NCBI GenBank assembly: GCA_964016885.1
Contig: OZ024740.1
Coordinates: forward strand, 48,050,001-48,114,000
Length of the DNA: 64,000 nt
Origin: Eledone cirrhosa
Taxonomy: Eukaryota
Reading direction: 5' to 3'
Positions 44,567-58,860 of the stretch are shown here, piece after piece (the first letter of the stretch is position 1; every line of letters begins with the position of its first letter). The position numbers and the translations under genes were made by a program. The notes beneath the pieces are model-generated. The model saw only the letters and a program-made list of their open reading frames with translations. It was not told the origin of the DNA and did not search any database.

Positions 44567-45314
44567 AAAAAGAACACAAGAGCGTCTACAACATCAAAAG
44601 ATTTTTATTGGCTAACGATGTTTCTTCCTTACGTGTAACCGTAGGATTCATCAGAGCTATAAAAGGGGTTTGATTGGTGTTATGGACTCTACCAACCAAA
44701 CACCCAAGAACAAAGAGTAAAGAGAGTAAAGAGCAAAAGTAGGGGACGATAAGTCTAATTTTGGTACGGGAGGGTGGGGTGTTGATCCTTGTTTACTAGC
44801 TGCGGTCATATTCATTCCCGGGGGTCGGGTGGTTAGCTGAACCATAGATGGGGTGGCGTGGATAGTATGGTGCAGAGGGTGCGCAGAGGCTACACAAACA
44901 CAAAGGGCGTAGAATACATATATACATATAGCGGAGGAGAAGGTACATGAGGTAATAATAATAATCTATAATTAATAGTGTATAATAAGGCATGGGGAAG
45001 ATTACACTATAATAAGGTATAAAGGTAAGAATAAGGTAAAATATAAAGGAGGATAAAAGTGGAAATAATAATAAAGTTAAAAGATATATAGAGAATATAT
45101 AAGGAAATATAAACGAATATTTGGAGGGGAAAACACAATGTAAAAAAACCGATTTTTTTCAAACAATATTAAAAAATAATAAAAATATAATAATTATGGG
45201 GGGAGAAAACAGGATAGAGAAATATGATCAAGTGTGATTCGTTGAGAGAATATAGGATGATAACAGTTGTGTCCAGTTTATACATCTTAATAATAAATGA
45301 TAAACAATATATGT

Positions 45315-45315
<1 letters not shown>
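44567..45315 (-). mobile_element. Probable Penelope-like 3' remnant between (TA)n arrays
   Basis: Hammerhead near its 3' end; weak QLTTRPPGMN segment upstream. Confidence 0.5.
44611..44657 (-). ncRNA. Hammerhead ribozyme motif
   Basis: GCT-CTGATGA-aTCCTACG-gttaca-CGTAAGGAa-GAAAC-atc-GTT-AGC; short stem I and imperfect base of stem II. Confidence 0.6.
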
Positions 45316-47554
<2,239 letters not shown>

Positions 47555-47754
47555 NNNNNNNNNNNNNNNNNNNNNNNNNNNNNNNNNNNNNNNNNNNNNN
47601 NNNNNNNNNNNNNNNNNNNNNNNNNNNNNNNNNNNNNNNNNNNNNNNNNNNNNNNNNNNNNNNNNNNNNNNNNNNNNNNNNNNNNNNNNNNNNNNNNNNN
47701 NNNNNNNNNNNNNNNNNNNNNNNNNNNNNNNNNNNNNNNNNNNNNNNNNNNNNN
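47555..47754. other. Assembly gap (200 N)
   Basis: Run of N. Confidence 1.
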
Positions 47755-48207
47755 CACGTTTATGGTATAAAAGAGGTCGTAGACTAATGTTCTCTTAGGT
47801 GGTGCATAGAGACGTTCTCTGGCAATGAACGAAAAAATCAAGATAATAAGTCATATGTGGAACGTGGAGAACAAACGTGGTTCTGTCTTTGCGCGTAATT
47901 GTTTTTCACCGTTCCTATTAATGTCGTATTATTCGTTTTTTCCCGTTATTTGCCAGCGAACGTTTCCACGAACCAAAGTATCGTCTTCCTGTCTTCCTCC
48001 GGTTGAAATATCCAGTTCTGCGTTTACAGATTGACTTTGTTAGTTTCAGAAGATCCCGTTAAGGGTGAAAGCAGCGATTCTTTGCTTAAACTTTAATCTG
48101 TTATTTTAATAAATATTTGCTCTACGGTTCTTATATATTTGATATATATTTTCCTTATCGAGCCCTCTTTGGATTTTCGTCTTCAATTTTATTATTATTA
48201 CTATATT

Positions 48208-48238
<31 letters not shown>

Positions 48239-48271
48239 TTATATATATATTTATATATATATTTATATATA

Positions 48272-48337
<66 letters not shown>

Positions 48338-48344
48338 TATATTT

Positions 48345-48990
48345 ATAATAACTAGAAATTGATTAACATATAAATATACATGAATAATCACAGGAGAAAA
48401 TTTTTACACCCGTGTAACTACGCATAGCTAGTTTGGGTAATAATTAAATTTATACCTTTAAGTATGATTAACCTTCCTTGTATATATCCCATTAAAGAAA
48501 TATATTTCACCAATTAATCAGATGGTAAGTCACGGAAAGTGGATGTTATTGGATTGTCAACAAGGAAGAATAATAATGTCCAGCTATCCATCCTTACACA
48601 ACGAGTTCAAATCCACATCTGGCCGCTACCACGTGTTGCGTCTACACATGCTAGCAGTTTCGTTTCAGTGGCGTGAATAGGTATTCGACAACTAGAAATA
48701 GCAGTCAAATTCTCTTCAACAGAAATAGCTCTACAATTAAGGAGCCGTATATATATATCTATATCCAAAATTAAGATAAATTAAATGAATTTAATCTAAA
48801 TCGAAATTGTGGGTGTCATGTCATAATGGCATGCGCCATATCGCCTGGAAATAAGCTCAAAGATAAATCCGAGCATTTCATAATAACTAGAAATTGATTA
48901 ACATATAAATATACATGAATAATCACAGGAGATAATTTTTACACGCGTGTAACCACGCATAGCTAGTTTGGGTAATAATTAAATTTAATT
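48345..48990. mobile_element. (TA)n-flanked cassette with ~105-bp terminal direct repeats (535-bp period)
   Basis: ATAATAACTAGAAATTGATTAAC...GGGTAATAATTAAATTTA at ~48345 and ~48880. Confidence 0.7.
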
Positions 48991-49047
48991 ATTAAATATA
49001 ACCCTCCCCAAGTATAACAATATATATTTATTTATATATATATATTG

Positions 49048-49082
<35 letters not shown>

Positions 49083-49099
49083 ATTTATATATATATATA

Positions 49100-49135
<36 letters not shown>

Positions 49136-49311
49136 CATACATATATATATATATATTTATATATATATATATATTTATTTATATATATATATATATTTAT
49201 TTATATATATATATATATTTATTTATATATATATATATATTTATTTATATATATATATATATTTATTTATATATATATATTTATTTATATATATATATAT
49301 ATATATTTATT

Positions 49312-49346
<35 letters not shown>

Positions 49347-49374
49347 ATATATTTATTTATATATATATATATGC

Positions 49375-49500
49375 AAATAGCAAACAGAAATAACAAGCGA
49401 ACGACACAGTACAACGAAGAAATATATTAGTTTTGCGCTTGATATAGTAGGAAAAGTCTTAACGTTTCGGACTCTAGTCCTTTATCAGAAAATAGAATGA
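49375..49500 (-). mobile_element. Microsatellite-abutting cassette with near-canonical hammerhead
   Basis: Minus strand CTGATAA-a-GGAC-taga-GTCC-GAAACGTTA (G8 to A); homologous to 13438-13560. Confidence 0.6.
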
Positions 49501-49924
49501 GAAATTAAAGAATAAGTAGAAAGATTGAGGGGTCGGACAGTGGCGCAGACGAAAAAGAGATTTAGAGAAAAAACAGGTCCATTCGCCATCTCTAGCAAAA
49601 CTGTTGGCGTTTGTGTAAGATAATCGTGTTTTAAAAGGCGGGGATCGAGCGCATCGATATGAAAAGCGGGACAACCGTTTTGTATATAAAGCTGTACGTG
49701 TGTGTATGTTATGCGTCAGTACGAAGCTAAGAGGGTATGTGTGTGCATATGTAAGTATAAGACTGTGTGTGTGTGTATATATATATATATGTATATATAT
49801 AAGGGTGTGTATATGTGTGTGTTAGTTTTTGGTCCGTACAGAGCAGTGAAGGTAAGTTTAGAGGTGTGTTTGTCTGTATAAGCTGTTAGACTGTGTTTGT
49901 GACCATAAGAGCCATAGGAACCTA

Positions 49925-50044
49925 GTGGGTACGCGCGCGTGTTCGTTACTCGAGACACCGTTCGTGAAACGAGACGTTTTATGTTTGTTCGGAAAAATTG
50001 TTCATTAACCGATGAGAATCATTCGTGAACCGAGGTTCCACTTA
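49925..50044. mobile_element. pogo/Tigger-like terminal fragment
   Basis: Ends TTCGTGAACCGAGGTTCCACT(t)A with repeated TTCGT..A.CGAG subterminal motifs. Confidence 0.45.
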
Positions 50045-50294
50045 TATCGGTGTGATTTTGTATTATTTGCGCGTGAAAAGTGTAGTTTTCCCTTTTCATA
50101 CTCTTGCAGAATGTCGCCGGGTGGAAGGTGAGGGCAGGGTTCTGCTACTGTATGTGTGTGTATGTGTGAAGGTGGTGAATTGGCAGAATCGTTGGGTATT
50201 CTTTCCGGCTGATTTTAAATACCGCTGAAGTCAACTTTGCCTTTCGTCCTTTTCGATGTCGATAAATGAAGTACTAATTTAGTACTGGTGTTGA

Positions 50295-50337
<43 letters not shown>

Positions 50338-50424
50338 GTCTCCTCCTCTATCTCTCTCCCCCTCATCTCCCTTCTCCCCCCCCCCCCCCCCTCATCATCC
50401 CACCATCTCCCCATCTCCCCCCTC

Positions 50425-50549
50425 ATGGAGGACGGCAAGGGAGGCGCGCTGGAAAAGCCACTCAAACTCGCGGAGTTCACACCTGCGGCTGGCCAGCTCA
50501 GCGCCTATGGTGGTGAGTAGGGAGGTAGCCCCGGGGCCGAGGACACCAG
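50425..50549 (-). mobile_element. CRE-like LINE endonuclease fragment
   Basis: Near-identical to part of the 55037-55357 ORF (GVLGPGATSLLTTIGAELASRRCE). Confidence 0.7.
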
Positions 50550-50958
50550 TCTGTTTGACCCTACTTGACCTCTACTGATTCAGCGAGGCATGCTTCATCA
50601 ATTTATAACGTCCCCACCTACTTGTCATTGACGTAACGGAAATTGACGATTTCTCCTTGCGCTGTTGTTTTTGTTGTTGTTGACATACTAAACCAGCAGT
50701 CACATAATATCAACAGTGGGGTTTCAGCAAAAATGTCACTCCTCTACCACTTTATCACAAACGACAAACCAACAACCAGCTAAAAATAGCTCAAAAATAG
50801 GATGTTTTTAAGACAGTTTAAAAACTATACAGCGTATTTTTAAACTATACCGACACACTTTGTCTGCAAATATGTCTTGGTGCTCTCGGCGTGAATGTTT
50901 TTTTTTGTTATTTTTTTCTTCATAGGACTGGTCTATTAGTCCTAACCTGGGACAAATA

Positions 50959-51375
50959 ATTGTTTCTACTATTGGCACAAGGCCAGCAATTACCCCAGTG
51001 TATTACTGGTGCTTTATTTTATCGACCCTGTAAGGATGAAAAACAAGGTTAACTTCGGCGGGATTTCAACTCGGTCCATAAAAGGCCGTAACTCTTTGCT
51101 GCAGAGCATGGCGTCCGACCCTCTACCTACACTGCCATTCCACCTGGGACAAATAGTGATTTCTACTTTTGGCACAAGGCCAGTAATTTGGGGGGAGGGG
51201 AAAGTCGATTAAATCGACCCCAGTACGTTACTGGTGCTTTATTTTATCGACCCCGTAATGATGAAAGGCAAAGTTAACCTCGGCGGGATTTCAACTCAGA
51301 CCATAAAGGACCGTAACTCTATGGTGCACAGCATGGCGTCCGACCCTCTACCGGTACTGCCAATCCACCGCCCTC
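50959..51375 (-). mobile_element. Two tandem SINE family 1 copies with a triplicated target site
   Basis: ACCTGGGACA(A/G)ATA at 50945, 51142 and 51376. Confidence 0.85.
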
Positions 51376-51879
51376 ACCTGGGACAGATAAAACCATTATC
51401 ACCATTGTTTCCAAAGTCTCTCTCTACCTACTCTCATGCATCACGCTGTGGTGAAATGGCATTGTTGTTAGAACGTTTGATTGAATGTTTTGCGCTATTC
51501 ATTCCGGCTTTCTACACTCTGAGTTCAAAACCCACCAAGGCCAACTTTGCCTTTCATTTTTTTTTGTTTTTTTTCAAGGGCGATAAAAAAAAAGTACTAG
51601 TCCAGTACTGTGAGGCGATTCTTCCCCTTATAACTATTTCTCACTTCTCCCTCACTCAAGAGAAATCGGTTATGTTCCAGACTTGACAACCTCTAAAAAC
51701 CAAACGGAGAGTACCATGGGTAAAAATGCCCCAAAACGGGGAGAAATGAGGCAAAATGGGGAGAATTTACATACTGAAAGCTATACCCATTTTCACAAGA
51801 GAAGACATCTCCCCCCCCCCCCCCTCCACTCAGGCATATTCATCTCTCTTTCATCATCGATATTGTGTTTAAGCCCTCA

Positions 51880-51980
51880 GATGCCGCACTATCCACTATA
51901 TCCACTCCCCCTCGCCCAGAATGTCATCCCTCTGGAATACTCTCCTGCACACGTCTTTCCTGCAAGAGTTAACCTTATAA
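51880..51980 (+). pseudogene. CR1/L2/Jockey-like LINE C-terminal remnant
   Basis: PRMSSLWNTL(fs)PAHVFPARVNL matches the LWNxLP..VFP end motif. Confidence 0.5.
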
Positions 51981-52537
51981 CGGAATACTCCTATGTTTTA
52001 TCGGCGAAGATTTGAAAACGAATCTGAGGTTTCTCGCCTCTGGGACAATCTATCGTTGGAGGTTCCCACCATTGTCCTGTCAAGACAGCGATGATAAACG
52101 TACATATCACTTAACCTGTGACCCCAGCTTCCTGGGAGACGATATCCACATGGCTGATCATAAATCAACCTCATATACACATCCTAACTATAGCACTGTT
52201 ATAAATACAAGGAGTTAAGGAATCTAACGGCCAGAGAGACCGAAGCAAGCAGTCCGTGTTAAGGTTCACGATGTTACTGGCTTCTACCTTACCGGACACA
52301 ACCAGACATGAAGCAGCATCATTGAGAAGAAGAATAGGCGCGCGCGCGCGCACACGCACGCACGCACGCACCCACGCACGCACGCACGCACGCTCGCTCA
52401 GCAACAATTTAAACTGAGCATCAACAACATCAATCGCATTGAAGGAGGGCCTGCAAAGGCCATAGGCACAGACCCTTCCTCAACAGCTTGCAAAAAAAAA
52501 AAAAAAAAACGAAACGAGAATCGGCAATCATAAAAGG

Positions 52538-53150
52538 ACTTTATTAATAATTACAAACAGAAAAGGAAGAGAAAGGCAATGGCTCTAAGGTCACAGAAGA
52601 ATGGGAGGGCTAGGGCGTGGCGGTGTTGGGGCTGCGCCCCGCAGACAAGACCACAGAAGCATTTCCGTGGACAATGGCCAGCGACACCCGCTGCAATGGG
52701 GCTCCTTCCTCAGATGGGCTACCGACGTTCCGATCTTGCGGAGGAGCTCGGCCGTACGGGGTCCGTGTACGCCTGAGCTCTCGACGGCGACCGGTACGAA
52801 GAGAAAGCTGCCGGACAATCCTCGCTATTTGTTTGTCCTCCTTTCCTCTGCATTGCGGGCTGCAGTACCGAGGTTTGTAGCTGAAGAGACTAAGCTGGAG
52901 TCGGAAGCGTCTCATATCACTTGTCGTCACAGATGAGGGATGTAATTCCCTCGGGGCGCTTGCCGTCTCCGCGGTCGAGGCCTGCTGGTTCCAGGTGTGA
53001 TGGGAAGCCAGCTGTGTCCAGGTTCCTTCTCAATATGTCGGGGGAACCGGCATGCGCTCTAGCGACAAGACCGTGGGTGCAGTCCAAACTTGTCAATGAC
53101 CGACCCTTAATGACATTTATGTGACTCACACACGCGGGGGCCGAGGCGTT
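52538..53150 (-). mobile_element. CRE-like (restriction-like endonuclease) LINE 3' fragment
   Basis: FPSHLEPAGLDRGDGKRPEGIT, FVPVAVESSGVHGP, LQRVSLAIVHGNASVVL across frameshifts. Confidence 0.75.
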
Positions 53151-53974
53151 GGGTTACTCCTATGCGAATGCACTCGTATCTTTTTTAAAATTCACGTTAA
53201 TTGACATTTAATACGCGCGCGAGACTGATTGATATTGCGTGTATATCCGCTCTGCGCTTACGTATTTACATACGTACTTACACATACATATTGTGTCTAT
53301 TTTAGAAAATAAAATAACTTTTAATGTATAATAAATTGTTTAAACAACTTGCAAAGTAAGAAGACGTCCAAATACGCTTGCAAATGTTTGAGCAGCAGGA
53401 AGTAATGAGAGAAAGAAGAGGAGGGAAAGAAAAATACAGAGAGAGAGAGACAACAGCGTCTATGGGGAACCAGAAATTGTATGGAAACCCGTCGAATGGA
53501 ATGTACCTGTAAGTCAGAGGTGTAGCCTTGTCACACAGATTCCACTTGCAAATTGGGATATGGGTACATGTGTCTATGGGATGCACGTTAATTCAATGAG
53601 TAGATTGTTCATATGCTTAAGCTTAAACTGTTTCGATCGTTGAATGGGTCAACCATTGAGGCAATTTACGTCTTATTGTCCGGTTATTATTGAATAATAT
53701 CTACATTCTATTTTCTTTAAAGTATGGAGTACTAAGTTGAATAATGAGCTTGCTAACTTTTTAAATAGTTACATGTTATACATATATATAAATGTATGTG
53801 TTTGTATTACATTAAAGACACGATTGTGTTTAGTTTTCGTGTTATTTATTAAGGATTTTTTCATAATTCCTTATGTTTAGTTTGGAAGTATCGACAGTCG
53901 ATCGACTTTCGTTAAATCGGACCGAGGAAACAATGTTTCCGTTTATCTTTCCAATTGATAATACTATTTATTAG

Positions 53975-54112
53975 TCGCAGCTCCAGGTAGAAGGAACAAC
54001 GTAAAATAAAGTGTCTTGCTCAAGGACATAGCGCATCACTCGGTCCAAAAATCGAACTCACAACCTCACGATTGCGAATCCAATTCTCTAACCACTCAGC
54101 CACGCGCCTTCA
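53975..54112 (-). mobile_element. SINE family 2, 5' part
   Basis: AAAGTGTCTTGCTCAAGG core plus reverse-complement tRNA head. Confidence 0.7.
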
Positions 54113-54978
54113 CTTTGGAAGTATAGCCTTCGTAAATCCCGCCAGTCTATTAACATTTCAAGATCTCCACAACCTTATCTTCAGATTTAAAATGATGGTA
54201 GCAATGACGTGTTGCTGGAGCCTTTTGCAGTATTGTGGTTCTTATTTTCTTTCTAAATCTTCTGTTTTTGCTCACTTCATGTGTTAATAATAATGTTGAC
54301 AGCTCAACGAATAACTCTCCCTTTTCCTGAAATTCCGGTTATACTTATAAAAACAGCAATCACAGTATGTAAGATGTTTGCTTAAGCATCTTTAAGAAAT
54401 TACAGCTATGTCCTTCCAGAATTCCGATTCAGGTGTGGCAGGTCATTCATTGTTTGATGTTTTTGACGAAAGATGTAATGTGACAAACAACGCAGATTTT
54501 CACTTCTTTGACAATCCTTCTGTGATATCGCTGGAGATACTTGAATTGATTTAAGAAAGTAGCGCTGACGGTGGTTATTGGGAGCTCGTATTCTGTCACT
54601 ATCGTTGCTTTGTGTCTTCGATAAACTCGCGTATGAAGCTATAGCTGTTTAACGACTTATATTAATCGTTAAGCAAGCTGGCTATACAAATAACAGGCTT
54701 AAAATAGCATCTACCAAATTCACATCTCCCTTCTTGTTTGCTATATTAAATAACATAAAGTAAATACAATCAACAATCACGTTCATAAATATACCCCACT
54801 CATACAGACGATAAAAATACCAGGATTAGATATACCACTTCTAAATTATTCACAGTACATTTAGAACATATAATCAGACATGTTAAATGATGCACAACAT
54901 ACATTCAAAGCACCCACAGGCACCGCATTGGGTCAATAGCTTTCGTAAACAAAATATAAGATCTATTATACAGGATGC

Positions 54979-55386
54979 CTTTTTTTTTTATATGTCACTA
55001 CAAAAATTTATTTACAATAGTTTATAACGTTGCCTATTAATCCGTATGGTGAGCAAATGGGGTCCCACGTGCTGGCCTCCCCACAGCCCCGGTGGACAGG
55101 ATGGAGAAGGCGTTTCCCCGGAGGATGGTAAGGGAGATGCGCTGGAAGAGCCATTCCAACTTGCGAGGCTCACACCTGCGGCTGGCCAGCTCAGCGCCTA
55201 TGGTGGTGAATAGGGAGGTAGCCCTAGGGCCAAGAACACCAGAAGTCTCCACTGTCAAGGGCGCGACCGCGAACCTGTCGGAGAGCGACCGGTACTTGGA
55301 GAGTTTGGCCTCCTCAGTCCGATGTGCAGCAGTACCTGGGTTAGTCGCAGACTGCACCAGGTTTCGGTTGGAGAAAGTGTCGCTGC
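54979..55386 (-). mobile_element. CRE-like LINE 3' fragment with poly(A)
   Basis: EEAKLSKYRSL..FAVAPLTVETSGVLGP...LFQRISLTILRGNA; AATAAA and an A-run downstream on the minus strand. Confidence 0.8.
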
Positions 55387-55551
55387 CAAAACAAAAAAAT
55401 TTAAAAAAAATATGCCTTTGGGCACACTATTTCTTCACATCAGTTACACAAGGAAACGAAAACACCTCTAATGAAAAACCCAGATAATCACGTCCAGACA
55501 AAAAGACATATCTACAACACTACAGAACAATAATATAACACCATTCTAAGA

Positions 55552-56041
55552 ACACTTATTTCTCCCACTTAGTTCAGTCGAATACAAAATACACTAGCAA
55601 CATAATAGGGATTTCTACTATAGGCACAAGGCCAGCAATATGGGGGGAAGGGAAAGTCGATTAAATCGATCCCAATGCATTACTAGTACTTTATTTTATC
55701 GATCCCAATGCATTACTAGTACTTTATTTTATCGACCCCGTAAGGATGAATAAAATAAAGCACCAGTAATGCACTGGGGTAATTGCTGGCCTTGTGTCAA
55801 AAGTAGAAACAATTATTATATTTAGAGTTACGGACCTTTACATTCTCAGTTCAAATCCTGCCGAGGTTAGCTTTGCCTTTCATCGTTACGGGGTCGATAA
55901 AATAAAGTACCAGTAATGCACTGGGGTCGATTTAATCAACTTTCCCTTCCCCAAAAAATTGCAGGCCTTGTGCCTATAGTAGAAATCATTATGTTGCTAG
56001 TGTATTTTGTATTCGTCTGTACTGGGTGGAAGAAATAGTGT
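55552..56041. repeat. Foldback made of SINE family 1 pieces plus ~55-bp non-SINE inverted flanks
   Basis: CGAATACAAAATACACTAGCAACATAAT / ATTATGTTGCTAGTGTATTTTGTATTCG bracket opposed SINE tails. Confidence 0.7.
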
Positions 56042-57477
56042 AACATCGTAAGCCCCAAACATTGAGATACACACCACCGAAGAGGCTACACCTCTGTTAC
56101 TATCCAAAGTACCTGTTACGTGGTCGTTCGACCTGCTAAACATAACAGCAAAATCTCCCTCAAATCACACCCCACTATCAATGTAAGGAAACGTTCAATA
56201 TTGTACTCCTATGTGCACTATACCTGCTGCTTAGAATAGTCACTACTAGAAAATCTACGATCATATGTCAGTTTGATCAGGGATGGCCTAATTCTAAACA
56301 GCAACATACCTCCACTTCTACTCGAAAATGAAGCTCTACGTGATCGCTCAACTTGCTAGAAATAGCAATAAAAATCCCTCAAATCACACTACAGTTTTAA
56401 AAAGTAAAAAAGGATGTGTATCAAGGATACTGTTGTCCTAAATATATTTGCTTGATAAAATAATAATTTAAATATTTAAAAAAACACGATGATCGTGACT
56501 TGAATGGCTTTGTTCATAGGTCTGCTTGAATCGGGGCTTACATGAGACTAAGCAAAAATAATAACACACCTCCGCTTTAACCACCGTCAGAAGGTAATAG
56601 ATGTGCTCTGAACACTTCCCAAAAATGGTAAATACATCATAAATATTAAACTTAATAGTATAATCATGAATCATAATGTGGGTGGGGGCTAATTTTGTTC
56701 CTCATTACGAAATTGTGACAGATGTTCGAAGAAGTCAGTGCCCCCCAGTTAATTGTATCCTGATATGACATTTGGTGCATAGTTGAATAATAGAAGAGGG
56801 ACTAAAGTGGATAAGTCAAATTCCGTCAGCATACATCCTTTGTTGTTTAGTTTTATGTGTAAAATTCGTGAAAAAGTCATTAACTGAAACTGATTTTCTT
56901 CGTATTCTTGTCGTATCATGATGTAATCTGGTCATAATTTGATTTAATACTATATACACTGAAACAAAGATTAAGCGACTTGTTTACTTTTGAGTAAAGG
57001 CGGCGAACTGGCAGAGTCGTTACTACACGTCAGATAGAATATTTTGTAGTATACGTTCCGCCTTTCTATGCTCAGAGTTCAAATCCCACTGATGTCAACT
57101 TTTCCTCACATCCTTTCGGGGGTCGATAAAAAAAAAGGCTATCAGCCCAATTTCTGGGGTCAAATCATTCTCTATATTTCTTTCTCCTTTCCTCTCACTC
57201 TTCTTCTCTGGAAGAAATAAACTGTGATCAGATGTGGAGAGTGAATGCGTTCCGCCAGGTTTAAAATGCCCCCCAAAACGCCGTATGTCACCACGGCGCC
57301 CGTACGACTCCACTACGAGTTATGGCTCCATGCACACGTTATACCAGAGTAATCGATGTATTGTGACAATAACCGCTAAACGCCACTTAAACTTACAGTT
57401 GACGAGATAGCAACAACTGAGTTGCTTATGTGATCGTTAGATCTGTTGAAAATAGCATTGGATAATGTTTTAGATAC

Positions 57478-58860
57478 TAACTTTGCCTTTCATCCTTAAG
57501 GGGTCGATAAAATAAAGTACCAGTAATGTACTGGGTAATTGCTGGCCTTGTGCCTAAAGTAGAAACAATTATATATTACTTTCCAGCATAGTTACGTCCC
57601 TTTACGATCTGAGTTCAAATCCCGCCGAGGTTGACTTTGCCTTTCATCCTTACAGGATCGATAAAATAAAGTACCAGTAATACACTGTGATAATTGCTGG
57701 CCTTGTGCCAAAAGTAGAAACAATTATTATTATATATATCGCCCATACTGCTCAGTCGTCGCAGTTTGATTTAATAATACACGTACTGGATAGTTTTCAA
57801 TCATATTTATAACCAGAGTAGTAGAAATAACATTGTGACAATAACCAACATACACCAGGTATGGTGGATTAACGAAGTTGAAATAGGAATTTAGACGTAT
57901 ACTACGAGTAAAATTGCAAACATATAGAAACGCTGACACTTACCGCCAAGTACAAAAACGTTGCATTGATAACGTTCACTATCATAACTGCAGACCAACT
58001 GATATATCCTTATCTATAGTATTGGTTTCGGGCAGTGACGGATTAAGTTTGCATGGTGAGGCTCCTGAATGAAAATTTCACCAGGACCCTTGGGTATTGC
58101 GTTGGTCATTTGGTTTACCTCTTTCCGTTTCATATCAATTTTGCCTGTCATCTTTCCGTGGCCGATAAAATCGATATAATCGACCCCCCCCCCACAAACA
58201 CATAAACACCTCATAAATTGCTGGCCTTGTGCCTAAATTAGAAACTATTATTTATTGTAGGGTGGTGGATTGGCAGTATCGGTTAAGCGCCGGACAACAT
58301 GCTTTGTAGCAGTGAGTTACAGCCCTTTACGTTCTGCGTTCAAATCGCGCCGAGGTTAGCTTTGCCTTTCATCCTTACGGGGTCGATAAAATAAAGTACC
58401 AGTAACACACTGGGGTCGATTTAATCGACTTTCCCTTCCCCAAAAAATTGCTGGCATTGTGCCTAAATTAGAAACGGATTGGCAGTATCGGTAGAGGGTC
58501 GAACGCCATGCTTTCCAGCAGAGTTACGTCCCTTTACGATCTGAGTTTAAATCCCGCCGAGGTTGACTTACGGGGTCGATAAAATAAAGTACCAATAATG
58601 CACTGGGTAATTGCTGGCCTTGTGCCTAAAGTAGAAACAATTATTTATTGTAGCAAACAAATTAATTTTGGAGCCTTTAAATAACTGTTTCTATTTTAGG
58701 CACAAGGCCAGCAATTTTGGGGGAGGGGAAGTCGATTAAGTCGAACCAGTGCATTACTGGTATTTTACTTTATCGATCCCGTAAAGGATGAAAGGCAAAG
58801 CTAACTTCGGCGGGATTTGAACTTAGAACGTGTCGGACGCTCTACCTATATTGCCAATCC
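57478..58860. mobile_element. Cluster of SINE family 1 copies (57478-57730 +, 58120-58190 -, 58215-58645 +, 58680-58860 -); older copies at ~50170, 51450, 56995
   Basis: Repeated A/B boxes and core. Confidence 0.85.
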
